A stretch of DNA of 62,114 bases, counting the filler, from Sphacelaria rigidula (lineage: Eukaryota): the NCBI GenBank assembly GCA_964200075.2. It is 9 parts of 9 records of this genome, joined end to end, with 100 filler letters (N's around TTAATTAATTAA, not from the genome) between each part and the next. Parts side by side here need not be neighbours in the genome. Positions count along the whole stretch, not along the records: positions 34,566 to 41,378 come from CAXNAA020017954.1; positions 41,479 to 48,290 come from CAXNAA020017955.1; positions 48,391 to 55,202 come from CAXNAA020017956.1; 6 more parts are not named here. One strand, 5' to 3'. Each line of letters opens with the position of its first letter. Position 1 is the stretch's first letter. The translations under genes and the position numbers were made by a program. Below are positions 37,388-50,218 of the stretch, one piece after another. Below the pieces are notes generated by a model. That model was not told the origin of the DNA, made no database searches, and saw only the letters and a program-made list of their open reading frames with translations.

Positions 37388-40300
37388 GTGCAATCTCCAG
37401 ATGCCTCCGAGCTCGTGCTCCCCGATCCCATCGTCTCCGGAGATGGTGACCAAACCGCAGCGGCCGCCCCTGCCATCATGGTAGACACCGTGGAAGCCCT
37501 CGAGGCCATGATCCACCACATCCAAGGCGACAGGGGCAGTGGAAGCGACGAGGATGATGACGGTGGAGGTACCGGCGGCAGTCCGGGCAGGCGGGGGGGA
37601 TCTACTGAGATTGCTATTGACCTCGAGCACCACTCGTTCAGGTTGGCCGTCGTTTTACAGTCAAGAGAGAGAGGGAGCTTTGTTCCCGCGAGTTTATCGT
37701 TGAAAATTCACGGTTGGGACATGACTTTGATTCTCGTGTAGACGGTAAGATTCGGATTGTTGCGGAGATGATCAATCTCGAGTGCTCCACAGTGTACTTC
37801 TTGTGAGTAGGCATGGAGCTTAGCTCTGCCGGTGTACACTTTGACGTGGGGCCACCATATGCACCCACCCCTCCCCGAGGATTCTGTGGGCTAGGGTCAG
37901 GGTTCAAGTGTCGCACTACTGTGCGAGTTCTTGACGGATTTGCGTAAGCCTGCGTCAATCATCAGCAGGTACAGGGCCATGCGAACACCGTTCTTCGTAT
38001 TCAGCCTGAGGGAGCGTTGGTTTTGACGAAATGAGTTACGCTATATAATATCGTGCATGTACACCACGGGGCGTACTCATTTGTTCTTTGCCTTATAATG
38101 GCCATTTGACCATTGACCACGCATCCCTTGCTGTATAGACGGATATACATTGAGGGGTGGGGATGGGCGCGACAACTCTTTTCTTTTTTTACGGGTTATG
38201 GATGCATGGGAAAAACGGAAATGAAGAGAGAAAAAATCTCGTTTTGTTCGTCGTTCCGAGAGGCCCTGGTCGCTCTAGCTCTTGGTCTTTATAAAAAACG
38301 ATTTCCTCGTTCTAACCGTGCGTGGCGCCGGATGACGTACATCTGACGATAGTGCCACCGCCTGATTTATCAGCTGATTTGGTTGGTCGGTTGATCGGTT
38401 GATCGATTGGTTGCCGCATGTTAACTGATCCCGAAGAATTCAGCCGTGATCGTCTTACACTCTGTAAGTAAGTGAATTGCAAGGGTTTTCAAGCTCGGGG
38501 GGGGCAGGCTCTTTGTCACTCAGTAGAGCACACCCCAGTTGGGCTACAATCTACCCATCGGTGGCTTCTCTTGATTTGAGTGTGAGCAACGAGAATGCAT
38601 CTTTAGTAGTTGGGCTGACAGTCCCGTGTGCTCTTGGCGTGTGCAGGACGCGTTTTTGTTCAAATCGATGCCTGTGGCGCCGATTTGAAGTCTGCCAACG
38701 CACACTTCATCTAGGAAACCAACCCTATGCACCCCCCCCCCCCGCGCGCGCGCTTTGTCCAAGAGTCCTCGGTAAGCCTTCGGGTTAGGGTTGGGGTTGG
38801 CGATGGTTGTAAAAAATGTGTCAACCATGGGTAGATTGTAGCCCAACTAGGGTAAACACCCCTTCTCTCACTCACTCAGCCGTTTTTGAAATAGACGGCA
38901 ACAGCGGATTTTTTCAAGGTTGGCTTCTGCAGAGGTATAAAAGCTAAAAGTAGGGTTTTTACAGAAGAACACCGGGGGACTCGTGTTTCGATAAATACCC
39001 TTGCGAGTCATACCGGAAGGTTCGGTACTCTTTCCGGTATGGTTCATTATGTCAACCAAAATACCTCGACTCCGCGTATACCCTGCAGAACAGAGCACCA
39101 CTTCCCGGAAATTTCACGCCACCCATCTTTTGCGCCGCGCCCGGCACGACTCTCACACTCACTCGTACCCATGTCTTGAACCGGATGTTGAAAAAAAAAG
39201 AAAAAGAGAAAGATGGAAAACATATCAAAATATTATTCTGTGGCCTGTGAGCGGATATAGGAATATGGATACGCGAGGAAGAAAGATCCGTATTAACCGT
39301 TTGACCGCCAGAGAAGGTCATCTGGACCACGGACTATTCCAAGGTTGTGCTCTTTTTAGATGGTGTATACCCGAAAGTGGGGGGATTTTTGGTTGGCATA
39401 TCAACCCTTTTGGAGCTGTTGATGGAAAAATGACGATTTACGATTGACGTTTTCTCAGGCAAGATATGCTTGTTGTTCTGCAAGTGTTGACGATGCAGCC
39501 CACCAGAACGGTGCACCACTCCAAGTTTAAGTATACTAATGTGACATATTCGTGAACCGAACTCCAAGAGACGTTTTGACGGTGACGAAGGCTCGCATAG
39601 TGGAGTTTGTACTGTTTTTCGCGAGTTCGCAAAGGGTCAAACCATACATACCGAAATGTGTACCGAACATTCTGGTATGGCCCCGGAGGGTATCAATCCT
39701 TGCCCCGAACACTCCGGTACGGTTTCGGAGGGAACTTATCGATGAAAGACCTCTTTTATACTTGTGTAGATACTCGAATTTCAGTCGACATCCCCTACAA
39801 AACACAGCCTTGGACTATTTTTTCAAGTAAAGTCATGTCGACTCGATAAATGACCTACCCTGGCTCGACTTTTGCTGTTTATGCGCGCATACAAACCGCA
39901 TAAGTGATGTGTTCTTGTTTTTCTGTCTTTCACACTAAAGCCAAGTAGTTGTAACGCCTCGGCGGGGTTTCCCGCTTCAAAATGACCCCTTTTAAACGAG
40001 ACGCATAATTCTTTGGGAAAGGGAAAAAAATGCATAAAAAGCAAAGCCTAACCGTGGCGGTCGAATGATCCGTTGAAGAGCCTTGGTGAATTGCCCCGCG
40101 AAGGAACCGTATCGACCAGGTTATTCATTCGTGTTGGAACGCTTGGCTTCAGGTCGTTCCAGGGCTTGGTGTGCCTGATGCAGCTGTCCACTCGTTCGAG
40201 GGACTACATCGTCGACGCGGTCAAGCTTCGCGGCGATATCGGGAAGCTGCTGCCCATCTTTACCGATCCGAGCATTGTTAAGGTATTTTTTTGTTCGATC

Positions 40301-41038
40301 GTATTTTTTCCTTTGATCGCTTCGTAAGTGTGCTGTTTATCTAAGTGTGAGGTTTTATTTTCCTTCGTGAATTTTCTTTGATTTTTTCTTTGCTCCTCTT
40401 TTTTTTTAACGAGTGTTTCCGAAAAGCTTGTGCCCATCTTCACCAACGATGCGAGCATCTTCGACAAGGTGTTTCTATGCATTTATTGTAATCAGTGTCA
40501 TTTTAGGTTCCTTCGCTTCTTTTGCGCCATCATACCTCTATTTCCTCCGGCAAGTGTTTTCGTTATTCTCACTTTTTCACTATCACTTAATGCCTCCACT
40601 TTGACAAAATATTTTTGTAATTTTATTGTTGTGGTTATTGGTGTTGTTGTTGTTGTTGTTGTTCTCAAAATTGAAAGATTACGTTCGATTCTTGCCCAAT
40701 ACCTTCTTTTCCCATACTGGGCATTTGATGCGGACGCCTTGCATGACGCTGTTGTTCAATTCATTCACTATTTTCGCCATGTTGTGGTTCATGACACCTA
40801 TATCGTATTACTGGTAACCATCACTATAACAAAATATATATTTATGCTATCTGCCCGTCTTATTTTTTTTGTATGTAATGCTCATGACCTGTGATCGTGC
40901 TGTACGTGTTCTCTTTTCTCTCTCTTTTTTTTCTTTATTTTATCCGAATCACAGGTGCTGCACGGATCTGATTCGGATATCTTGTGGCTTCAGCGAGACC
41001 TCTCCCTCTACGTGGTCAACATGTTCGACACTGGTCAG
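37388..41038 (+). CDS. RRP6: Exosome 3'-5' exoribonuclease RRP6/EXOSC10, internal exons
   Basis: In-phase exons 37388-37641 (...MVDTVEALEAMI...EIAIDLEHHSFR), 40153-40282 (SFQGLVCLMQLSTRSRDYIVDAVKLR...FTDPSIVK) and 40955-41038 (VLHGSDSDILWLQRDLSLYVVNMFDTGQ), which carry the DEDDy ExoI and ExoII motifs. Confidence 0.96.
38533..38852. mobile_element. MITE in an RRP6 intron with a subterminal TTAGGG-like tract
   Basis: TIRs ccccagttgggctacaatctacccat and atgggtagattgtagcccaactaggg, with gggttagggttggggttgg at 38782-38800. Confidence 0.75.
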
Positions 41039-43903
41039 GTAACGACAGCTGTACAATACTGCGTTTTTATTCGGGCTCGAATATACGATGCAAGTGTGGT
41101 TCATGCGTGGCATACCATACCGCAGCGCGGGTCGTGTTGGCACAAATATGTTGGTCATTTTTTTTCAAATTGGGGGGGTATGCTCATGATCATGCATCCC
41201 ATAGTCATAAGACCGTTGAAGTCGCATCCCTACGAAGCCGGGACGGGGCATGCCGGGTTTCGAACCAGGCTCGCACTCAATCACCAAGCGCGAAGCACCG
41301 TGGTGTGTTCGGCTAGTCGCATGAAGGGTGAGCTGCATCCTGCTAAGATTGTTCGACCCGAAGCCTACTGATTGTCTTNNNNNNNNNNNNNNNNNNNNNN
41401 NNNNNNNNNNNNNNNNNNNNNNTTAATTAATTAANNNNNNNNNNNNNNNNNNNNNNNNNNNNNNNNNNNNNNNNNNNNCCTGGTCCGGCGAAAACCCGGC
41501 GTGCGCCGTCCCCGTATTGTAGGGATGCGAGGTCAACGGTCTTATGACTATGACATGCACGATCATGAGAACACCCTCCCCCCCCCCCCCCTACAAACTC
41601 AGGCCAAACATGTCACGAAAACAATGGCCATATGGCGCCTCATATTTGGGTTCACGTTGAATGAAGCACCTGATACGGGCGAAGTAGGCGAGAACGAACC
41701 CAAGCGTGGGAATTCCCAGCTGTTCGTTGTGATCGGCTTTTCTCATTTCGATTCACATGAAAAAGGTTCCTTCCCAATCCAGGCACGTTTGGGAGGGGGG
41801 CTATCGTAGAAAGTTTCACAAGCGCAACGCGAGTGTGGTAGGTCGTCTGACACACCGATGAGCCTGTTATTTCGTGTAATCAAATACCCTACTCCCCCCT
41901 ATCGTAGGATGACTGGCCAATACCTGATATTTGAAGGACGTCCGCTTGATGCTCACTAGTGATCAAGACGAACTATACATTCGAGACCACACAGGGCCGG
42001 AAACCGACGTACGCCCACCCCACCCCACCTCTTTCAAGGGCTAGTGTCGGAGGGCAACGCTGTGAAATACGGCTCCCACTGCGTAATCTAGGCAGCCAGG
42101 TTAGCCGGGGTTTCTTGGCATGTGTTCCTATTGCGGTGACGGCGATGGCGGTCGAGCTGTAATACATCATACCAGGTAGTGTGCGGAGTGGAGAATCCGA
42201 ACTCCAGGGGATGATCGTACTACGTAGTGTGTAAATGTTGAGACATCCATGAGGCAATGTAACCCGTGACTGTATCTGGAAATGGCGATACCAGAAAATG
42301 AAGCAACCCGTTCGACGCAGCCATTCATACGCAAGGTAATGATTGTGCTTCGGACCGAACAATCAGTCGTCTGCTTAACCCATCAAGATCTTCCGTGAAA
42401 ATGGTCTTGCCCGGTGAAGGAATGTGCACGGGAAGGACGCGCGCCACGGCCACACGACACATCTCTCAACTGTACACAATCATATCATACTGAAATACCG
42501 CCTTGAGTTTGCACGCTCGTTCGCCTGCACGTTTCCTCATCTATACTGTGCATACCTCAAAAATTGCCTGCTGTCCTTCCAGGACGCGGTTTGAGACCGA
42601 ACCAACGGCGCTATCTGAGGCCGCCCACAGCGTGCTACGACGCCTCAGCTGTAGCGTGGTGTTGTCATTTTTATGAGGAGAAAAAGAGAGTGAAGGGCGA
42701 GCGGGACAGGGGGGCTTAGCTTACCTCAAATACCAGGGGAAGGCAAAAGGAGAGCATGTTTGATGTACTCAAGCTTGGTAGGGCACATGATGTGAGTGCG
42801 GAGACAAAGAGAGCCGAGATGCGAGGATTCAAACACCATTCACGCATAGATGATGGTGTGCTCAGGGATCATCGGTTTTCGAGTTCCGTGTGATGACCAA
42901 CGATCACACCTACTTAAAACCACAGGGGAGGGCGAGGACTTTCATTGGCGGTTACAGTATGTTGCACACAACTCAGCACTTGATTGAAGCCGCTCGAAAT
43001 CACAGCATCTTGTCCATGGTTGACCCGTTCGACGGGCGTGCATCTGGCGAGAGTGTTTTGTCCGCGTTTGATGTACAAAGAAGACAACAAAGAATAGATA
43101 TGATCTCGATGGGGCTACCTCCGCCATCAAGGAAGGGGTTCAGTTTCTCTTCATGTGAACGAACAATGCACATACATGGAGCAGGGCAATCCTTATCTCA
43201 CCAGTCCACCTGCCGAAAAGGAGTTCGTCCCCAGGTCAATACGGGAGGCATCGCCGGTGCTTGAATCCACGAGGTAAAGCGCAGATGAGGCGGAGTTTGA
43301 GATTATCAGCTTCGAGCCATCGTCAGATGCCTGACCAGAAACGCAATTGGGACAGTTTCAGAACCCAACTTGCGACGATAGCGCTGACTTAGTGGGGACA
43401 CCTTCACAAAAGCAACAGGGACGGATCACGGGGATACGATTTATGGCTAGAACGTGCACAAGAATGGTCGACGCTAACTCTTCGTGTTCACTGAGGAAAA
43501 GCGGCGAATCATACGATCACAAGAACACTAGACGCGATGATGCTACTATACTATAATAGCGTCAATAATAAACGCTTGGCGCTCAAACTCAAGAGTCACA
43601 TGACCACGAAACTAAGCACGGAGAACTTACAACGATACCGTTCGCGTTGAAAGCTCCTTCGATAAAATCAAACCCGGGGCCGAGAGGAATGGCTGTTGCA
43701 ACCGTCGCGTTCCCATTCAAAAGCTCACCATTGGGCTTCAGTGGTACCTGCACAAGTTGAGGCATGATATGAGCGAATAGAAGTTTCTTGATGTTTTCTG
43801 TGTAAACCGCAAAGTCGTCCGGAGTGTGGCCTTGACCCCGTGATCAGCTTGGTACATCAACAATGTATTAGGCGGATTTAGTGCTTCGACAGGTATATTT
43901 TTT

Positions 43904-46316
43904 GGGCAATATACAAAAAAGGGTGCACCCTTATGCTTTTGGAGCAAAAAAGGGTGGCGCATTTTTCGCTTTCGGGCGCGGCGCTGCACGCTGGCTCAAC
44001 ACCTCGAAAACACGTTCCAGCACCTCAGCCCCACACCCAAGGTCCCTGGGCAGCATACCCGATCATTTTTTTTCACTTTCACAGGCGTTACTGGGCTGAA
44101 CTACCGCGCCGAAAATGAGAGCCTATGAGAGTACCCTTTTTTGTACGCAAAACAGGAGGGTACACCCTGCTCTCTGCTAAAAAAAAATATATATACCCTT
44201 TGTTGTTCTACTGTTGTCCTTTCTCTGTCAGGTGGTGACCCTTTTTTGTGAAGTGGTGACCGTACCGCCGTCTCAGCACAAATTACGCCGAGCAGTCAAA
44301 ACCATAAACATTTTCCGTAAAATTACACCCCGCCAAAAAAGGCCGAAACCCAACGACCAGAAGAGTGGAGCCCCCCTGTTGGTTGGCCCGAAGACCCGGA
44401 AGATCCAACGATGCGTACAAGTCTCTTATGTGCCGGACCTCACGAAGATCCGACGAACACGGGTGAATATCTTGCCGACACAGCAGCCCGAACGGCATCA
44501 CGCGGGGGCGGCAACGTCAGACCGTTGCCGGATCTGCAATTTGCGGCTCGGAAATGGAGATGGGCACCGCCCGGATGTCGGATTGGAGCAAGAACGCCTG
44601 AATCCAACGCCGAGGACTGTACAATCAGCTGTCTTCCTCTAGTCGCGAAACACGCACCCTCCGACCACAACTCGGAATACCCGAAGCTGTGAGACCAACG
44701 CGCCACAACCTAAACAACACGTACAGAAAACCTTCAGATTATCATGAGCAGCAAAGGTCAACACGCTACACCGCCGCGGAGTAATGACAATGCCCCCCAC
44801 GAATGGTGTTATGCTGCAAGGCGGCGCCGATCATTCATTTAACAGCAAATTGTTCACCTCGACCCATCTCCACAGAAAAGGAGATTCACCGGCTTTGAGT
44901 ATCGATACATTACGGAAGGGTCACAGACGTGGGCCAGATCTGTGCAGTCGCATGCACCGCCTCGTGTACACAGTCAAACGTCGACTATTTCGTTGTTCAT
45001 GTATGTTGTATTTTCGAACCCGAATTACCCTGTGCGCATTCCGCATGCAGTCAGGCAGGATGAAGTCCAGTGAGCGTACCGTATGCACAAGTTTGACTCT
45101 TGTCATCACAGACGTGCCTCGCATAGGGCCAGATGGACGATGCTGCATCAGGGTTTCATAATAGCCGTTTCATCACTGCACAGATACCTATTTTTCAAAG
45201 GCATGTGGGTATCTATATCGAGCGTATGTGTACAAGGCATTTCCGATAATCCCTGACCGGTGCTGACCCTCTAATAATCCTGCAGATTGTGAGGCCAGCC
45301 ACAAGACTCAGCGCGTGTGCGGAATGTCTCCGCTGTAAACAACGGCAAGCAACAATACGCCTCTTCCCTTCGCCCTTCATCGAATACAATCCGTGTGGCA
45401 CAACGTCGCATGAGCCATGCGATGACATTGGCGCATCGGTCTCACAGCTTCGGGTATTCCGAGTTGTGGTCGGAGGGTGCGTGTTTCGCGACTAGAGGAA
45501 GACAGCTGATTGTACAGTCCTCGGCGTTGGATTCAGGCGTTCTTGCTCCAATCCGAAATCCGGGCGGTGCCCATCTCCGTTTCCGAGCCGCAAATTGCAG
45601 ATCCGGCAACGGTCTGACGTTGCCGCCCCCGCGTGATGCCGTTCAGGCTGCTGTGTCGGCAAGATATTCACCCGTGTTCGTCGGATCTTCGTGAGGTTCG
45701 GCATACATGAGACTTGTACGCCTCGTTGGATCTTCCGGGTCTTCGGGCCAACCAACAGAGGGGCTCCACTCTTCTGGTCGTTGGGTTTCGGCCTTTTTTG
45801 CATACCCTGGCGATAGATGATAGATTTCATACTGTACGCAGTACATTTTTTTACCGCATATTCTATTGTCCAAGGTATGCTTTTTTGGCGGGGTGTAATT
45901 TTACGGAAAATGTTGATGGTTTTGACTGCTCGGCGTAATTTGTGCTGAGACGGCGGTACAGTCACCACTTCACAAAAAAGGGTCACCACCTGACAGAAAA
46001 AGGACAACAGTAGAACATAAAAGGGTAGATATTTTTTTTTTAGCAGAGAGCAGGGTGTACCCTCCTGTTTTGCGTACAAAAAAGGGTACTCTCACAGGCT
46101 CTCATTTTCGGCGCGGTAGTTCAGCCCAGTAACACCTGTGGAAGTGAAACAAAATGGTCGGGTATGCTGCCCAGGGACCTTGGGTGTGGGGCTGAGGTGC
46201 TGGAACGTGTTTTCGAGGTGCTCAGCCAGCGTGCAGCGCCGCGCCCCAAAGCGAAGAATGCGCCACCCTTTTTTGCTCCAAAAGCATAAGGGTGCACCCT
46301 TTTTTGTATATTGCCC
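43904..46316. mobile_element. Complete non-autonomous DNA transposon with about 800-bp TIRs and an 8-bp TSD (Mutator/foldback-like)
   Basis: 43904-44705 is the reverse complement of 45429-46316 at high identity, the right arm carrying an extra insertion. Termini are GGGCAATATACAAAAAAGGG. TATTTTTT flanks both ends (43896-43903 and 46317-46324). Confidence 0.9.
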
Positions 46317-47726
46317 TATTTTTTACTCCATAGGTTCGGGGAGCCGAGTTCGTGAGAACTCGGATTGAACCGGAAATTCTCATAATTCTCCGAACGGAGG
46401 ACAACAGTTCCAAGAACTGCCGCAAAACGCCCCCCTGTTGCAAGACACAATCCTTCCCCACACTACAGATAGTACCTACCGTGTATACACAATCACCCCG
46501 TGCAACTAATACATGGGTTAAGGTATCCGGTGTGAAAGTGCCGCTGTTATTTTTGTACTACTGAGCGTGCTGCCGTACTGTGTTGCCAGCGCGGCGGCGG
46601 CGGGTGCCTCCCAGCGTACCAATTGATCGATTCACTCTGAAACGTGAGCCTTACTACGAGCGAGGGAGCAGCAACCTACCGTGCCATGGATTTCGCGATG
46701 AAAATGGACTATATTATGAGGACTGGCGGCCGCAATGGAGGCCAGGTATGAAACATGGAAAACTGCGAGATCGAGCTTGTGCCAGTGCAATAGGAGCGTA
46801 GGTATTACTTTGTGTGAATGTACTAGTACAGACAACATTAGTGAGCTCTGCCGTCGTGCGTTGCCTGTACGGTAGGTACGGAGGATACCACCTCCAAGAT
46901 CACTTGTGTTTGAAACGTCACCAGCTCAGATTGCCTCGAGAAGCAAGGCTGTGCAAGCCTGAATTAACTCATAACCTTGGTGCAACAACATGATATAGAC
47001 GGGACTTTCCGTAAGCAGGATGCTTCCGAAGTATGGGCGCTTCTTTATCGAGAATGGAATCAAGTTGATGATTTGTCACCTCGACCATGATTTATGATGC
47101 ACGGTTGTCACAATCCACAGAGATGGAACAGACAACGTCGAAGGCTCTCATGACGCAGTCGACCAGTATGCATCGGTTTAACGTCACACTGTGTGTGGGA
47201 GATGAAACAATGATATGTACACAATGCACTGTCTGTACGGCCTGCTGTTGGGTAGAATCTCGATGAATATGACAACGGCGGTAGACCATGTAGAAATCGG
47301 GTGCACACAAATGAACGAAACACCTGCACAAGTACAAGTAAAGAGATGGTTTTGCATCTCGTTTATGTATTCAAGATGAACACAGACTCCCCTGTGTTCG
47401 CGTCTGTTCCAGCATGGGTCGCGGTCATAGTGCCTTCAACCCAATCTCTCTCTCTCTCTACTATACCGTACCCTGAACAAATGACGATGTCCTCCTTGCC
47501 GTACAACATTGCATCGTGTGCTGCATCGTGTGCTGCTGATGGATCTGTGACTGTACTCCTGTACCGCGTAGCTAAACGAGCCCATCCCGAAGGGTTCGTA
47601 GTCCTGTTTGCTCACTATAACCGTAATGTACGACCAGCCCGTGATGGTCGTTTTGCGGGGGAACATTGTTAATATAATGGGAATTAATGCATGAAAGGAC
47701 GTAACTCGAGCACTTTGGGGTCAATT

Positions 47727-48175
47727 TCAACAAACGATAGCTCGGATGAACCGCAAGGTCCACGCAAACAATGTCCAGCAACAAAAAATAAAAAAATAAA
47801 TGCAAACAAAAATTGAGGCCCACTTCGTAAGTTATTCCAGTCGGTGCCCCTCCGATCATGGATCAGGGGTTGAACGTCATATTCAACAAACAGCAGCTCG
47901 GATGAACCGCAAGGTCCACGTGATCAATGGACAGCAACAAAAAAGCAAAAAAAATGCACACAAGAAGATAAGGCTCATTTCGTGAATTATTCCAGTCGGT
48001 GCCCCTACGATCATGGATCAGGGGTTGAGATATGGCATGCCATACCTCCGGCGTTTTGACGTCGAATTCAACAAACAGGAGCTCGGATAAACCGCAAGGT
48101 CCACGCGATCAACACTCAGCAACACAAACGCAAGAAAAAAAATGCACCCAAGAAGGTAAGGCTCATTTCGTGAAC
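47727..48175. repeat. Tandem repeat, three diverged units of about 150-185 bp
   Basis: ttcaacaaac...agctcggatgaaccgcaaggtccacg recurs near 47727, 47882 and 48067. ttattccagtcggtgcccct..gatcatggatcaggggttga is present in the first two units. Confidence 0.85.
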
Positions 48176-49721
48176 CGTTAATTCATTTGCCGCACTTTGA
48201 CCCCCCCCCCCCTTCCTCGCTCGGGAAGTGGCGATACCAAAAAATAAAGCAACTCATTGTAGGCTGTCATCCAAATGCGAGATAATCAGTNNNNNNNNNN
48301 NNNNNNNNNNNNNNNNNNNNNNNNNNNNNNNNNNTTAATTAATTAANNNNNNNNNNNNNNNNNNNNNNNNNNNNNNNNNNNNNNNNNNNNCGTCACGAGT
48401 CGACTCATCATACTAAAACCAAGTAATTTTCAGACGAATCATTATCTGTCCGACCCTTGAAAAGATGACACGACATGTAGACTTGAGCGTGACCCAAGCG
48501 GCCCGAAGCACTGAGAGGAGCAAGCACATCACACCTACGGCGGCTGAGAAGGCTGTTTTAGCGCCGTACAGCACTTGCCACTTGAAGAACGGATGTGAAA
48601 AGGGTACAGTAGTCGGTCCTACAGCAGTTTTGACCCGACAATAAATGTTTTATATTGCTCTTTAAGTGTGACGCGGGCGAAATCAGGAGCGTACAGCCTT
48701 CGCATATCCACACAGCAGTCAATCAATGCATCAAACTGTTGGTTTCGCGTCGCCTGCCGTGCACGGGGCACGCATGAAGTAATAATACTCGAAAAATTGC
48801 CCCGAAATCGACGGTCTTGAACCCCGGGGGTGTGTGTTTTTTGTCCCCGTATATGAGCATGAAAGGGTGCGTTTTTTTCCAAGGGGGATGTCAAGTACAC
48901 ACACGATGTGCACACTAAATATTGGATTCTGAGACGTTCCAGAACGCAGGTGATCGCATAATACGCGAAAATGTGCTTGAGAGGACAGCAGGCGTACTTT
49001 CAGACTTTTCTGCGCGGAGGAACCATAAACCGCAGGGCCGCTACCGCCTCTCCATATCACTCTTTATGTTGGAGAGTAGTCTAAGCTACCGTTGGATGCC
49101 AAAATGTCGGTTCAAGTCGACACACTGCCGACAACCATCGGCGTCAGGGGTGGCTTGAGGTAGGCCTAATACGGCACTTTCCTCTAGGCAATGAGCGAGG
49201 TGAAAAGTGCGCATGCAGCGTCAAGTGGGTTGCACAGCGTATGATGACAGATATGGGTGGGTTCGCGATTGTTACACTTCGCGGCAGCGCTTGCGTCAAC
49301 AATCTGACTCACAATAAAGTGATAACTAGAAAATGCGAATAACGTTCGTCAGCAGCCGACTCTGTGTACTTCGGTCGGTGAAGAGGTAACAAATACACCA
49401 AAACCAAGTTGCGGAGATGGGTGAGGTGTAGGTTGTCCAACCCCATGTCGCACGTGAATGTTGACCATTTTTTCAGCCAAAAGTGTACCTGTGATGGACA
49501 AACCTTTTGCTTTTTAATGTGTGTAGTTTCATACATAATTTTTCATCAACTCGGGACCGTGCTGCAGATGAAGTCTACCGTTTAAGAACATACATTCACA
49601 CGGTATGAACCAGGCGAACGCCCTTCCCACCTGCGGTTGATGCGGCGTGAATCATATCTACCGTTTCACTACCTGTCACGTGGACCACGAATCAACGATA
49701 CATATTTCTCACCTATCGCCC

Positions 49722-49930
49722 CTGTAATACGTGAGAGAACCGGGTGCTTAGGGGACCCCTTCGGGAGTTCACACAAACCTATGCTTAGGGTCAGGGTTAG
49801 TGTTGGGGGTGAGGATCAGGGGCGTGGTCCCTGCAGGGACTGGCTGGATTGGTTTCGAAAAACGTCGATCCTGAGGTGTTTCGAACCACGATGCGGTCCC
49901 CTAAGCACGCGGTCCTCCCACACATTATAG
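49722..49930 (-). mobile_element. MITE of about 210 bp carrying telomere-like repeats (copy A)
   Basis: TIRs ctgtaatacgtgagagaaccg and cggtcctcccacacattatag, with internal ttagggtcagggttag. Inverted homologue at 50219-50437. Confidence 0.8.
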
Positions 49931-50218
49931 CCCTCACGGTGGGAAATGAACGTATATATTTCTCAACCATGATTCGTACGAGATGAATCAAGCTGATATT
50001 TTCCCCATCTGCAGTCCATGCAAAATTAATCAAATGGACATTCTTTGAATTCGTAAAATAATTCAAATGCACATTTTTTGCACTTGTAATACGCGTGCAC
50101 TACTCAGAACGCACCCAATCCGGCTGATGATCCCTGCCATGCTACTTCAGGCTTTCAGTTTTTGGTCGAGTTTTCCATCACACTTTCCCCTACTGCAGTG
50201 AAACTCCGATAGAAGGTT

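Noticed and set aside
44214-46079. Two near-identical ORFs (44214-44642 + and 45492-46079 -)
   Set aside because: They are mirror products of the long TIRs and show no recognisable protein features.
46590-47090. Exon-like stretches (RFTLKREPYYERG..., QQHDIDGTFRKQDASEVWALLYREW)
   Set aside because: No family recognised and no consistent splice chain could be built.
47727-48175. Possible CRISPR-like array
   Set aside because: Whole units are homologous with no unique spacers, there are no cas genes, and the context is eukaryotic.
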